From NCBI GenBank assembly GCA_045652565.1, contig JAZRUN010000062.1, forward strand, positions 1 through 24,539: a stretch of 24,539 nt of DNA. Reading direction: 5' to 3'. Shown here in pieces: positions 16,430 to 24,539 of the stretch. Within the stretch, counting starts at the first letter, position 1; each line of letters begins with the position of its first letter. The translations under genes were made by a program, and so were the position numbers. Below the pieces are notes generated by a model. It saw only the letters and a program-made list of their open reading frames with translations, did no database searches and was not told the DNA's origin. The DNA comes from Candidatus Enterousia sp. (GTDB lineage Bacteria > Pseudomonadota > Alphaproteobacteria > Rs-D84).

Positions 16430-16732
16430 CTATGCCGCAACACGAATTAAACGCACATCGTCAAATTCCGCATAACGATTAAATACAGATTGTGCGCGCG
16501 GACACATAGATAAAATTTTTCTGTGCGTGCGGCGTGCAAATTCCGCAACACACCGGACAAGATCATGGCAAAGTTCACTGTCTTGATATTCTGGCACAAT
16601 GTGTGTTGATTCTATAATCAACCTGTCTGAACCGATGGCAACGATATCTATTTCACCAATTTGGCGACCATGCAGACGCGCGCAAAAACCATTTCCATTT
16701 TCAAGTTCTGTATATTCTATATCTGTTGGCAT
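16430..16732 (-). CDS. Small GNAT-like protein (YjdJ / Acetyltransf_CG type)
   Basis: IGEI, IIESTHI.PEY, and C-terminal KI...CP.A...F pattern. Confidence 0.7.
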   Translation of the reverse strand: MPTDIEYTELENGNGFCARLHGRQIGEIDIVAIGSDRLIIESTHIVPEYQDSELCHDLVRCVAEFARRTHRKILSMCPRAQSVFNRYAEFDDVRLIRVAA

Positions 16733-16819
16733 TTATGCGTTCCTTTGCATAAAACCCTAGCATACAAAACCCGACACTGGAATATGAATGAATGCCAAAA
16801 TACGGGGATGTTTTCCGCG

Positions 16820-17740
16820 TCACAACAAAGAAAAATTCTTTTTAATAATGCGCGCACTGGCACGCAGTTCTGCGGATTCTGTCTTTGACATTTTTGGTGT
16901 CAAACTGAACACCACACCAGAGGCGCCGACAACACGTGGCAAAGACATTGCAACCGAATCTTTGGCAACCATGGATACCGTTAAAATTCTGCGTTCATCG
17001 TTTACTATGCAACGCAACAAATCTGCGACAGCGGCACCAATACCGTCCCAAGTTGCGCCACGACCGTGAATAATCTCGTACGCGGCATTACGAACACGAT
17101 ATTCTATTGTGCGTCGCCCAGACACCGAAATCGGCGTTTTTGTTTGACGACAAAATTCATCCAGCGACAAACTGCCAATTGTAATCGCAGACCAATCAAT
17201 AACACTTGCATCACCATGTTCGCCAAGCACATAAGAATGTATAGATTGTGGCGAAACATTCAATGTCCGCGCAAGCATTGTTCGCAAACGCGCAGAATCA
17301 AGCATTGTGCCGGTTCCTATGACGCGCGCGGCTGGCAATCGTGACAATTCGCGCGCAAGCATCACCATAACATCCAATGGATTTGTGACAATAATTAGAA
17401 TCACATGACGCGAATCCACATTTGCCATAACACGCGGAATAATGTCACGAATAACTTCGGCATTATGCTGCAACAAATCTGTACGCGTTTCGCCAACTTT
17501 CTGATTTGCACCCGCCGCAATTATAACAATATCAGACCCACGAATGCCGCGATAATTATTTACCGCATTGATTTTAATATCAAATCCAAAAGTCGCGGCG
17601 TGCCCTAAATCTTCGGCGGCGGCGCGTGCGCGAATCCCATCGCGGTCAAACAAAACTATTTCATGAACCAGACCGGTATTTTTAACCGCGGTTGCAACCG
17701 CAGACCCCACAGAACCAACACCAATAATTGCGACTTTCAT
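16820..17740 (-). CDS. ldh: L-lactate dehydrogenase
   Basis: GVGSVG, GANQKVGETR (Gln specificity residue of LDH), TNPLD, LDSAR, GEHGD. Confidence 0.92.
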   Translation of the reverse strand: MKVAIIGVGSVGSAVATAVKNTGLVHEIVLFDRDGIRARAAAEDLGHAATFGFDIKINAVNNYRGIRGSDIVIIAAGANQKVGETRTDLLQHNAEVIRDIIPRVMANVDSRHVILIIVTNPLDVMVMLARELSRLPAARVIGTGTMLDSARLRTMLARTLNVSPQSIHSYVLGEHGDASVIDWSAITIGSLSLDEFCRQTKTPISVSGRRTIEYRVRNAAYEIIHGRGATWDGIGAAVADLLRCIVNDERRILTVSMVAKDSVAMSLPRVVGASGVVFSLTPKMSKTESAELRASARIIKKNFSLL

Positions 17741-17834
17741 TTCTTTTCTCCTAACTATGACTATTATAGCACATTTTGTCGGTCAGTGTAAGCGGATAGT
17801 AATTTTAATCAATCTGTGGGGCCGCGATTTCTTG

Positions 17835-17863
17835 TTTACAGACCCAGGCAAATTTGTTATAAT
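17835..17863 (+). promoter_or_regulatory. sigma70-type promoter
   Basis: TTTACA-17-TATAAT. Confidence 0.6.
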
Positions 17864-17950
17864 GAAGTGGGAAGGTGGTGAATTCTGGATTCAGAATTCG
17901 CCTGTGTTGCCTGATTTCTGGGCACACCAACGAGATTTAGGAGACTTTCA

Positions 17951-20029
17951 ATGAAAAGACGTTCTTTTGGAAATTTGTGCAAGAATGCCCTTGGCACTGT
18001 GTTTTTATTACTTGGTGCGTTTTTCGTTTGTTCAACTTTGTTGTCTATGCGCGCGGTGTTTGCAGACCCGATTGCACCAACTGTACCGAATGACACCCAA
18101 GCATCAAATCAGCAATCTGGTCGCAGCAGTCCACGCGCAAATCCGCGTGCTAACTCTGGTAACACCGCCCGTCCAACGCGTCAAACAAATGCAAATCGCG
18201 GAACCGCTGGTCGGAACGTTGTATCACGCACAACCCCTACAAAAGCAAGCACAGCAACCCCTGCACGCGCCGTTGTCGCACGCAGCACCCCCAGTCGTCA
18301 AACTGCCGCAACACGTGGCACAACAACCCGCAATGTTCGTGCACGCAACGCATCACAATCGCGCGTTTCATTGACTGGCGATGCCATCCGCGGCAGCAAA
18401 ACAAACAACAGCACATATTATACATATTTGAATGGGAAACTTTATACTGGCAATTATTCAACCATAATTGACGCATCAACTGGTTTGATTTCTGCCGACG
18501 CATACAGCACATGTTTAGAATCATACTATACATGTATGGATGAAATTTGCACTGCGCGCAACGAAGCACAACGCCGGTGTGCCTGTGCGGGTCGCGTAAA
18601 GTCTTTTGCGGCGGCCGAAGACGCATTGGAATCTGCAAATGCAGAACTGTTAAAGATTGCGGGCCAGGTTGCCTTGTTGAATATGAGCAAGGGCAAAGAA
18701 GTTAGTGCGGCTTTTTCCCTTACTGACGCAGAAAAGGTTATGAACTGTGTTTCCTGGAAAGAAGCAAGTGAAAACGGCACAAATAACGATAAATTTGGAG
18801 AATGGTGTGCAGAACACGGGTTGTACAAGGATTCGGAATGCTCTTATACCAATGCACCGACTTACTGTTCGTCCGCCAGCAACGGTGGCCTGTTCGACAT
18901 AGGCAAACTTGATGGCACAAGCAGTGATATTTTGGCAACGCTGTCTTCTTGGGCGGATACAATCAAAGACAACACAAATACAATTTTAACAAACAACAAT
19001 GATGCCGTTGCCGCCGCGCTTGAATCTGTTGGTGGTATCGTGACTGGGATTACGGGGTCGTTGATAGATCTTGGGGACCAAGTCGAAGATACCGTATCCG
19101 AAACTTGGGGTTATGATTTGTTTGGCTATGCACACAATAATGTTTGCGCGCGCGTTTTGGATTCTTGCTTTAATGGCATTTACGAAGCATGTGGCACACC
19201 TCCGTCGGGTGGCCGTTGCGCAAATGGCGCAAACTCTTCTTGCCCATATAATTACAACAGCAAAATAACGATTTCTTCGTCTGGTGACGTGACATTGAAT
19301 GAACGCAGCACCAGTGGCGCAAATGCATCCGCTTCGTGCTTTGGTTATACATCAACGTCGGGTGACCCGTATTCTGCGTTGCGTGGGCCGGTTGCCGATG
19401 CGCGTCGCAGTATAATGCAAAAATATTTGTTGGATGCAAATGCAGACTGTGACCTGTATGGCGAACAATTAAAGAATGCTGCACAAAAGATAAACTATCA
19501 GAAAGTTGCGGCGCAACAGGCATTGCAACAAAAACGTTTAGAATTTTATAACGAAGAACAAGATAAAATTTTGTCCGAAGCAATTACCGCAGGAACAAAC
19601 TTTAACGAATGCATAAGTGAATTGTGGGATTGCTATGAAACACAAGAGACCGCACATCAAGATTGGCCCGAGGCACGCATCAAAACATATTGTGCACAAA
19701 TTGCAAACGTACCACATTGCTATCAAGATATGATTTGCAATCCATCGTATGTACAGTTCAAGGCGATAATTGACAAGGAAGACAGCACTGCTTGCAAATG
19801 GGACACAAGCGATTATACCAAAAACACTTGTCGTAATGTCGTGACATTAAACGAAATATTAAACAAAGCGGATAGTACCGCTGCTGACCCATCCAGCAAC
19901 AGAACAAACGCTGGTAATTCTGCGCAATTCCGTGAACACTGTCTGCAGCAGGCACTCGGTTGTTCGACGACCAACGACGCATCTGGTTGCATCCGCAATT
20001 GGCACAAGGCAAGTTCCACGGGTAATTAA
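17951..20029 (+). CDS. Exported cysteine-rich hypothetical protein (paralog 1)
   Basis: Signal-like N-terminus, R/T/A-rich linker, CxxxYxxCMDxxC...RRCxC motif. GGAG RBS and a downstream terminator. Confidence 0.85.
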   Translation: MKRRSFGNLCKNALGTVFLLLGAFFVCSTLLSMRAVFADPIAPTVPNDTQASNQQSGRSSPRANPRANSGNTARPTRQTNANRGTAGRNVVSRTTPTKASTATPARAVVARSTPSRQTAATRGTTTRNVRARNASQSRVSLTGDAIRGSKTNNSTYYTYLNGKLYTGNYSTIIDASTGLISADAYSTCLESYYTCMDEICTARNEAQRRCACAGRVKSFAAAEDALESANAELLKIAGQVALLNMSKGKEVSAAFSLTDAEKVMNCVSWKEASENGTNNDKFGEWCAEHGLYKDSECSYTNAPTYCSSASNGGLFDIGKLDGTSSDILATLSSWADTIKDNTNTILTNNNDAVAAALESVGGIVTGITGSLIDLGDQVEDTVSETWGYDLFGYAHNNVCARVLDSCFNGIYEACGTPPSGGRCANGANSSCPYNYNSKITISSSGDVTLNERSTSGANASASCFGYTSTSGDPYSALRGPVADARRSIMQKYLLDANADCDLYGEQLKNAAQKINYQKVAAQQALQQKRLEFYNEEQDKILSEAITAGTNFNECISELWDCYETQETAHQDWPEARIKTYCAQIANVPHCYQDMICNPSYVQFKAIIDKEDSTACKWDTSDYTKNTCRNVVTLNEILNKADSTAADPSSNRTNAGNSAQFREHCLQQALGCSTTNDASGCIRNWHKASSTGN

Positions 20030-20046
20030 ATAACCCAAGACAACTT

Positions 20047-20070
20047 CGGGGGCAATGCCCCCGTTTTTTT
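20047..20070 (+). terminator. Intrinsic terminator
   Basis: CGGGGGC-aat-GCCCCCG followed by T7. Confidence 0.8.
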
Positions 20071-20194
20071 ATTCGCCCCATTCCGTAATTGCATAAATTT
20101 TTATGCAAAACACTTGACTTTTGAATAAAAAACGGTATTATTTGCATAAACTTTTGAACAAAAGTTAAAAACGAACCATAAAAGGAAATAAAAG

Positions 20195-20494
20195 ATGAGT
20201 GACTTTGCAATCTTTCAAACCGGCGGGAAACAGTATCGTGTTAAGGTCGGCGATGTTATCAAGGTTGAAAAACTGGACGCAGACGGTGATGTCACATTTG
20301 ACCAGGTTTTAATGCTGGGCGACCGCGTTGGCACACCCATTGTTGCTGGTGCAAGTGTTATAGCCTCTGTCGTTGAACAAAAACGTGCAGATAAAGTTTT
20401 GGTGTTTAAAAAGAAACGCCGTCAAAACTATCGCCGCACGCGTGGTCATCGCCAGTTTATAACTGTATTGAAAATAAAAGAAATCAAGGGCTAA
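20195..20494 (+). CDS. rplU: 50S ribosomal protein L21
   Basis: [28 protein letters not shown]. Confidence 0.97.
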   Translation: MSDFAIFQTGGKQYRVKVGDVIKVEKLDADGDVTFDQVLMLGDRVGTPIVAGASVIASVVEQKRADKVLVFKKKRRQNYRRTRGHRQFITVLKIKEIKG

Positions 20495-20518
20495 GCCTGG
20501 AATTAAAGGAGTTTAATT

Positions 20519-20785
20519 ATGGCACATAAGAAAGGTGGTGCAAGTACCGCAAACGGCCGCGACTCGGCGGGGCGCAGACTTGGTATTAAAAAATCTGGTG
20601 GCGCACGTGTGATTCCGGGCAATATCATTATTCGCCAACGTGGCACTGCGGTGCATCCTGGTGAAAATGTTGGTATGGGCAAAGATCATACTTTGTTCGC
20701 CAAGGTTTCTGGAACTGTTTCTTTCAAACGCGGTTTTCGCGACAGAAAAACAGTTTCTGTTATACCAGATACCGAAAGCAAATAA
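20519..20785 (+). CDS. rpmA: 50S ribosomal protein L27
   Basis: [40 protein letters not shown]. Confidence 0.98.
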   Translation: MAHKKGGASTANGRDSAGRRLGIKKSGGARVIPGNIIIRQRGTAVHPGENVGMGKDHTLFAKVSGTVSFKRGFRDRKTVSVIPDTESK

Positions 20786-20864
20786 AAAAATGCCCCGTGG
20801 GGCATTTTTTTAGTGGTTAGTGCAAGTGGTTAGTAAAAACATTGGCAGAGGCCAATGTTTTTTT
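20784..20864. terminator. Two tandem terminator-like hairpins after rpmA
   Basis: A7TGCCC-cgtg-GGGCAT7 (20784-20811) and A5CATTGGC-agag-GCCAATGT5 (20835-20864). Confidence 0.7.
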
Positions 20865-20871
20865 CTAAAAC

Positions 20872-20900
20872 TTGAATTCTTGTTTTATATACGGTATAAT
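20872..20900 (+). promoter_or_regulatory. sigma70-type promoter
   Basis: TTGAAT-17-TATAAT. Confidence 0.65.
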
Positions 20901-20905
20901 GTGCG

Positions 20906-21061
20906 TGCATTGGGTGACACCCAGTGTGAGGTCCTGAAATACCCCTCAATACATATAACTCCACGTGGTTGGAGAGTTGCGAATATATTGAATAAGCGAC
21001 ACTGTTATGTATTGCAGTTTTTCAGGTCTCCAACCGTCAATTCGTCATTGACGGTATTTTT
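20906..21061 (+). ncRNA. Candidate structured RNA or attenuating leader
   Basis: Several long complementary segments and a 9-bp terminator-like stem between the promoter and a small ORF. Family not recognised. Confidence 0.45.
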
Positions 21062-21079
21062 AATAAAAAGGAGAAAAAA

Positions 21080-21235
21080 ATGAAAAAAGTTCACGTAAAA
21101 ACCGATTCCAATAAAGAAGAACTGATTATGGCAATTTTAGATTTTTATGCCAAACACCCCGGGTATAGGATGACCCAAGGTGAATTCGTTGGGGCAATTT
21201 GTGCACTAAGCCAACAAATGCTGAGTGATATTTAA
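21080..21235 (+). CDS. Small hypothetical protein, 51 aa
   Basis: Not in the track. AAGGAG RBS; MKKVHVKTDSNKEELIMAILDFYAKHPGYRMTQGEFVGAICALSQQMLSDI*. Confidence 0.65.
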   Translation: MKKVHVKTDSNKEELIMAILDFYAKHPGYRMTQGEFVGAICALSQQMLSDI

Positions 21236-21294
21236 TACTAACCACTAATCACTGTTGCATAATTTTTGGAACTGTGGTATAATTCCTCCGAGAT

Positions 21295-23901
21295 ATGAAG
21301 GCTTTTACTTTATCATTGCTGATTACTGCGTCTGCGCTGCCCACGTTGGCGGCGGGGGCGTCGCGTATTATACCCGGCACAGATATGACGACCAGTGGCA
21401 CACAAATCGAAGCCGGCGAACAAATCACCGAACGCACAGAACCTGTACGTGGGGCGATTGTTTCGCGTGCAACGCGTACGGCCGGGAAAACAAGGACGGC
21501 GGTGACACGCAATGTCGCTGGGCGTGCGGCTGCATCAACAACAGATGATGGACGGACGGCAAACCGTTCTGCGGCGGCGCGCACTGCTTTGACATCGGGC
21601 GACGCACGTGCGGGACTTGCCACAACTGTACGCAAAAGCGGCCTTTCCAGCCGCGTAGAATCCGCCAGTATAAATGCAAATCCGGCGGTGCGGCGTGCGG
21701 GCTTGACTTTGCGTCCTTCGGTTGCCGAAGTTGGCGGTCGCGCAACACTTGCGTCCGGCGAACAAACTGGTTCAAATATGGATTCTGAAATCAGAAAACT
21801 GCAATCGCGGGCGGCGACGCAAAAACCTGATGCTGCGACACTTGCAGACGCCAAACAACGTATGGAACAGGTGGCAGAGTTGAACAAATCTTGCCAAGAG
21901 CAATATAACGACTGTATGGACCAGTTTTGTGCGGTGGTTGACACGAACCAGCGTCGCTGTTCTTGCTCTGCGAACCTGACAAAGTACACCAAGGTTGAAA
22001 CCGCAGTAAAAGAAGCGAACACAAAGTTAAACGAAGTAGCCCAAAATATTCGCTATGTTGGTTTATCGGCGGATGAAATTTCTGCGATTATGTCGGCGAC
22101 CGAGGCCGAAGAAGCAATGTCTGGCAAGACAGATACGACGGAAAGCCGCAAGATGCTTGCAGAAATTGAAAAAATGATAAAAGACCCAACAACCAGTTCT
22201 TCTTCGTATTCGTCAGAGTCGGATTCTTATGGTTTGCTTGATATGGATTTGGATTTTTCGTCATCTGATGTTGCGGATATATTCAGTTTGGATTTCCTAA
22301 GCAGTGGCAACAACAGCATCGCAAAATTGCGCGGTACAAGTTTATATAATGCCGCAAAAAAACGCTGTGACACCATAATTACGCAGTGTAAAGAAATCGG
22401 CGCGAGTCCGAACCAAATTACGGGAAACTATGATTTGGCTATCGACAAAGATTGTATCGCGTATGAACAAGGCCTGACCAAGATGAACGAAACCTTGGTT
22501 TCCAATGTGCGCAGTGCTACGCGAATGTTGCAAAAGGCGCGCCTTGCGGTGCTTGAAAACCAAAATACTTATAATGCGCGCGAATGTATCAATGCACTGG
22601 AAACCTGTATGAAAGACGATATGGTTTGCGGTGAAAATTACAACAAATGTCTTGACCCGACCAAGATGTTCATTGACGAAAACGGTAATGTCGTGCTGGG
22701 CAAGAATGTTAGCAACATCCAGGCCTATATGGAAGGCTATAACAACGCGGCCGTCAATGCGAGCTATCTGTCCAATGTATATACCAGCACTGTTGTATCC
22801 GATACGAATTGCAAGAGCGACACCAGTCGTGACGGTGGCGGCAACGATGGCAGATGTGTTGTAAAATATTTACTTAGCAAAATCGGCACAAAACAAGACG
22901 AAGGTCTGTGTCGCCCGGTATTAGACAAGTGCCGCGCATATACTTATGATTCGTCTGGAAAATATATATGGAATAATGATATCGTCGTGAACTATATTCA
23001 ACGCGCGATGGTGAATATTAGGGCGGCGCAATATCAAATAGTATCAGACTATGCGTCCAGTTGCTTAACAGATATCGCATCTTGCTATAATGACCAAGTG
23101 TCCCAGATTACGTCTTGGTCCGCTACGGCAACGGCATCCAGCATTTATAACATTATGCGCGGCGCGTGTCGAAATGTTGCGTTGACCTGTGGCTATGCGG
23201 TTTTTGCAAAAGACAGCGAAAGTTGCCCCGCTGATAATGCATCGACGTGTATAAACAGCATATCGGAAGTATTTTACCAATCTCTGTTGTGTCCGGACAA
23301 TTCGCTGTACCAATATGGCGCAACACACACTATTGATGCAAATAATGAACACGAGGGTTATGTTAATCCTATGTGTAAGTGTCAGACTGGTTTCGTCACC
23401 TTTAATGGTTCTTGTTTGCCCCAGTGCCCAGGCGGACAATATTTATCTACTGGCGTGTGTTCTAAAACCGTTTGCCCGGCACATTCAAGCGAAGTTGAGT
23501 CGGAATTTGCAGAGTTTTGGGATCATTGCAGATGCAATCTGGAAGGGACAACGCAATATCATTGGTTTGCCAGTCAGTGCCGTGCCTGTCCTGCCTCTAC
23601 TGTGGAGGTTTCCGCCCAGGGCGAAGGCGGCGCATCGGTTCTTGGCGGCTGGTGCAAGTGCAAAACAAGCACCGACGAGACGGATTACCCATTTATACCG
23701 ACCGAAGACGGTTTGAAATGCGTTCAATGCAAACTTAAAAAAGCGGACGGCACTTATCAGGCTATTTATAACAGCGCAAAAACGGCTTGTGTATGTCCTA
23801 CGGCCGGCCATAATTATTACCCCGACGTTCAATGTTGTGCACGCAGACTGGCGGATTGCGCAGCAGGCGATGGCGGCACTGGCGGCGTCACAGCCGATTA
23901 A
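21295..23901 (+). CDS. Exported cysteine-rich hypothetical protein (paralog 2) with C-terminal Cys-rich repeats
   Basis: Signal peptide, R/T/A-rich linker, same CMD/RRCxC motif as paralog 1, and CP...CxC...C repeats in the last ~200 aa. Confidence 0.87.
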   Translation: MKAFTLSLLITASALPTLAAGASRIIPGTDMTTSGTQIEAGEQITERTEPVRGAIVSRATRTAGKTRTAVTRNVAGRAAASTTDDGRTANRSAAARTALTSGDARAGLATTVRKSGLSSRVESASINANPAVRRAGLTLRPSVAEVGGRATLASGEQTGSNMDSEIRKLQSRAATQKPDAATLADAKQRMEQVAELNKSCQEQYNDCMDQFCAVVDTNQRRCSCSANLTKYTKVETAVKEANTKLNEVAQNIRYVGLSADEISAIMSATEAEEAMSGKTDTTESRKMLAEIEKMIKDPTTSSSSYSSESDSYGLLDMDLDFSSSDVADIFSLDFLSSGNNSIAKLRGTSLYNAAKKRCDTIITQCKEIGASPNQITGNYDLAIDKDCIAYEQGLTKMNETLVSNVRSATRMLQKARLAVLENQNTYNARECINALETCMKDDMVCGENYNKCLDPTKMFIDENGNVVLGKNVSNIQAYMEGYNNAAVNASYLSNVYTSTVVSDTNCKSDTSRDGGGNDGRCVVKYLLSKIGTKQDEGLCRPVLDKCRAYTYDSSGKYIWNNDIVVNYIQRAMVNIRAAQYQIVSDYASSCLTDIASCYNDQVSQITSWSATATASSIYNIMRGACRNVALTCGYAVFAKDSESCPADNASTCINSISEVFYQSLLCPDNSLYQYGATHTIDANNEHEGYVNPMCKCQTGFVTFNGSCLPQCPGGQYLSTGVCSKTVCPAHSSEVESEFAEFWDHCRCNLEGTTQYHWFASQCRACPASTVEVSAQGEGGASVLGGWCKCKTSTDETDYPFIPTEDGLKCVQCKLKKADGTYQAIYNSAKTACVCPTAGHNYYPDVQCCARRLADCAAGDGGTGGVTAD

Positions 23902-23962
23902 TTACAGCCCCAAATATGCACTTGATTTTTACCAAATATATAATATAATATGCGGGCATTTC

Positions 23963-24037
23963 GCGGGCATAGTACAAGGGCTAGTACGCAAGCCTTCCAA
24001 GCTTGATATGCGGGTTCGAGTCCCGCTGCCCGCACCA
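23963..24037 (+). tRNA. tRNA-Gly(TCC)
   Basis: Acceptor GCGGGCA/TGCCCGC, anticodon loop CT-TCC-AA, TTCGAGT, encoded CCA. Confidence 0.95.
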
Positions 24038-24110
24038 GAAAAAACTGTTTGCATTTGCAAAACAAATGTATATAATGCGTGTTGTAAACGCGAAAGAGTT
24101 TTGTGTGATT

Positions 24111-24197
24111 GGGCGTGCGCCGGAGTTGGAGAGCCGGGGCAGACTGTAAATCTGTTGGCTTAAGCCTGAGGTGGTTCGAATCCACCCACTCCCACCA
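24111..24197 (+). tRNA. tRNA-Tyr(GTA)
   Basis: Anticodon loop CT-GTA-AA, long variable arm, GGTGG-TTCGAAT-CCACC, encoded CCA. C4:U69 mismatch and C at position 8. Confidence 0.88.
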
Positions 24198-24286
24198 AAA
24201 ACACAAACCGACCTTTATGGTCGGTTTTTGTTTTTGGCTATGGGTGGTGAGATGAGAACCACGGGTTCGAAACCAAGTAGATTTCG
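24182..24286 (+). repeat. 105-bp exact direct repeat, copy 1 (tRNA-Tyr 3' 16 nt plus downstream hairpin)
   Basis: Identical to 24435-24539 (period 253 bp). Confidence 0.95.
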
Positions 24287-24434
24287 GAAGCGCCCGCGCA
24301 CCGAAATCGTCACGGGTTGCGCGCAGCCGGCACATAGTGCCGAGCGAGCGAATACGAGAATACACAATTAGAAAAATCATAAAAATCGCAGGAACAAGAT
24401 TTTTATAGATTTTTATTATTGCGTATCGAGGCAC

Positions 24435-24539
24435 CCACCCACTCCCACCAAAAACACAAACCGACCTTTATGGTCGGTTTTTGTTTTTGGCTATGGGTGG
24501 TGAGATGAGAACCACGGGTTCGAAACCAAGTAGATTTCG
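24435..24539 (+). repeat. 105-bp exact direct repeat, copy 2 (runs off window)
   Basis: Identical to 24182-24286 up to the last base of the window. Confidence 0.95.

Noticed and set aside
20812-20834. AGTGGTTAGT direct repeat between two terminators
   Set aside because: Only two 10-bp copies and no supporting context.
21249-22022. 257-aa minus-strand ORF
   Set aside because: Antisense to the low-complexity N-terminus of the 868-aa protein; a compositional shadow.
23898-24434. 178-aa minus-strand ORF
   Set aside because: Runs antisense through both tRNAs (WEWVDSNH is the reverse complement of a tRNA 3' end) and through hairpins; not a credible protein.

Overview
Chromosomal window of a bacterium, probably an alphaproteobacterium (inferred from the GyrA, MerR, CvpA and L34 sequences). 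Most of it is housekeeping genes: lspA, a Kef-type K+/H+ antiporter, rsmA, recR, a SPOR-domain D,D-carboxypeptidase, gyrA, a MerR regulator, rpmH, cvpA, a CPHC thioredoxin-fold protein, Fe-SOD, ldh, rplU-rpmA and three tRNAs. The main unexplained structure is an AT-rich island behind tRNA-Glu(CTC), about 6.63-10.2 kb. It is built of tandem units, each bounded by a TGCCA core identical to the tRNA 3' end. Each unit carries a conserved 52-bp palindrome-ended site, a different cargo gene, and a conserved right-end segment that reads as a short protein tail. No recombinase is encoded in the window, so this looks like a non-autonomous, tRNA-anchored cassette array. Other points: an ABC-transporter gene reduced to its fused N- and C-terminal ends, a tRNA-Tyr-anchored 253-bp hairpin-rich tandem unit, a tRNA-Tyr with C8 and a 4:69 mismatch, a riboswitch-like leader before a 51-aa ORF, and two paralogous cysteine-rich exported proteins flanking rplU-rpmA. 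All alignments and folds were done by eye; no database search was run.
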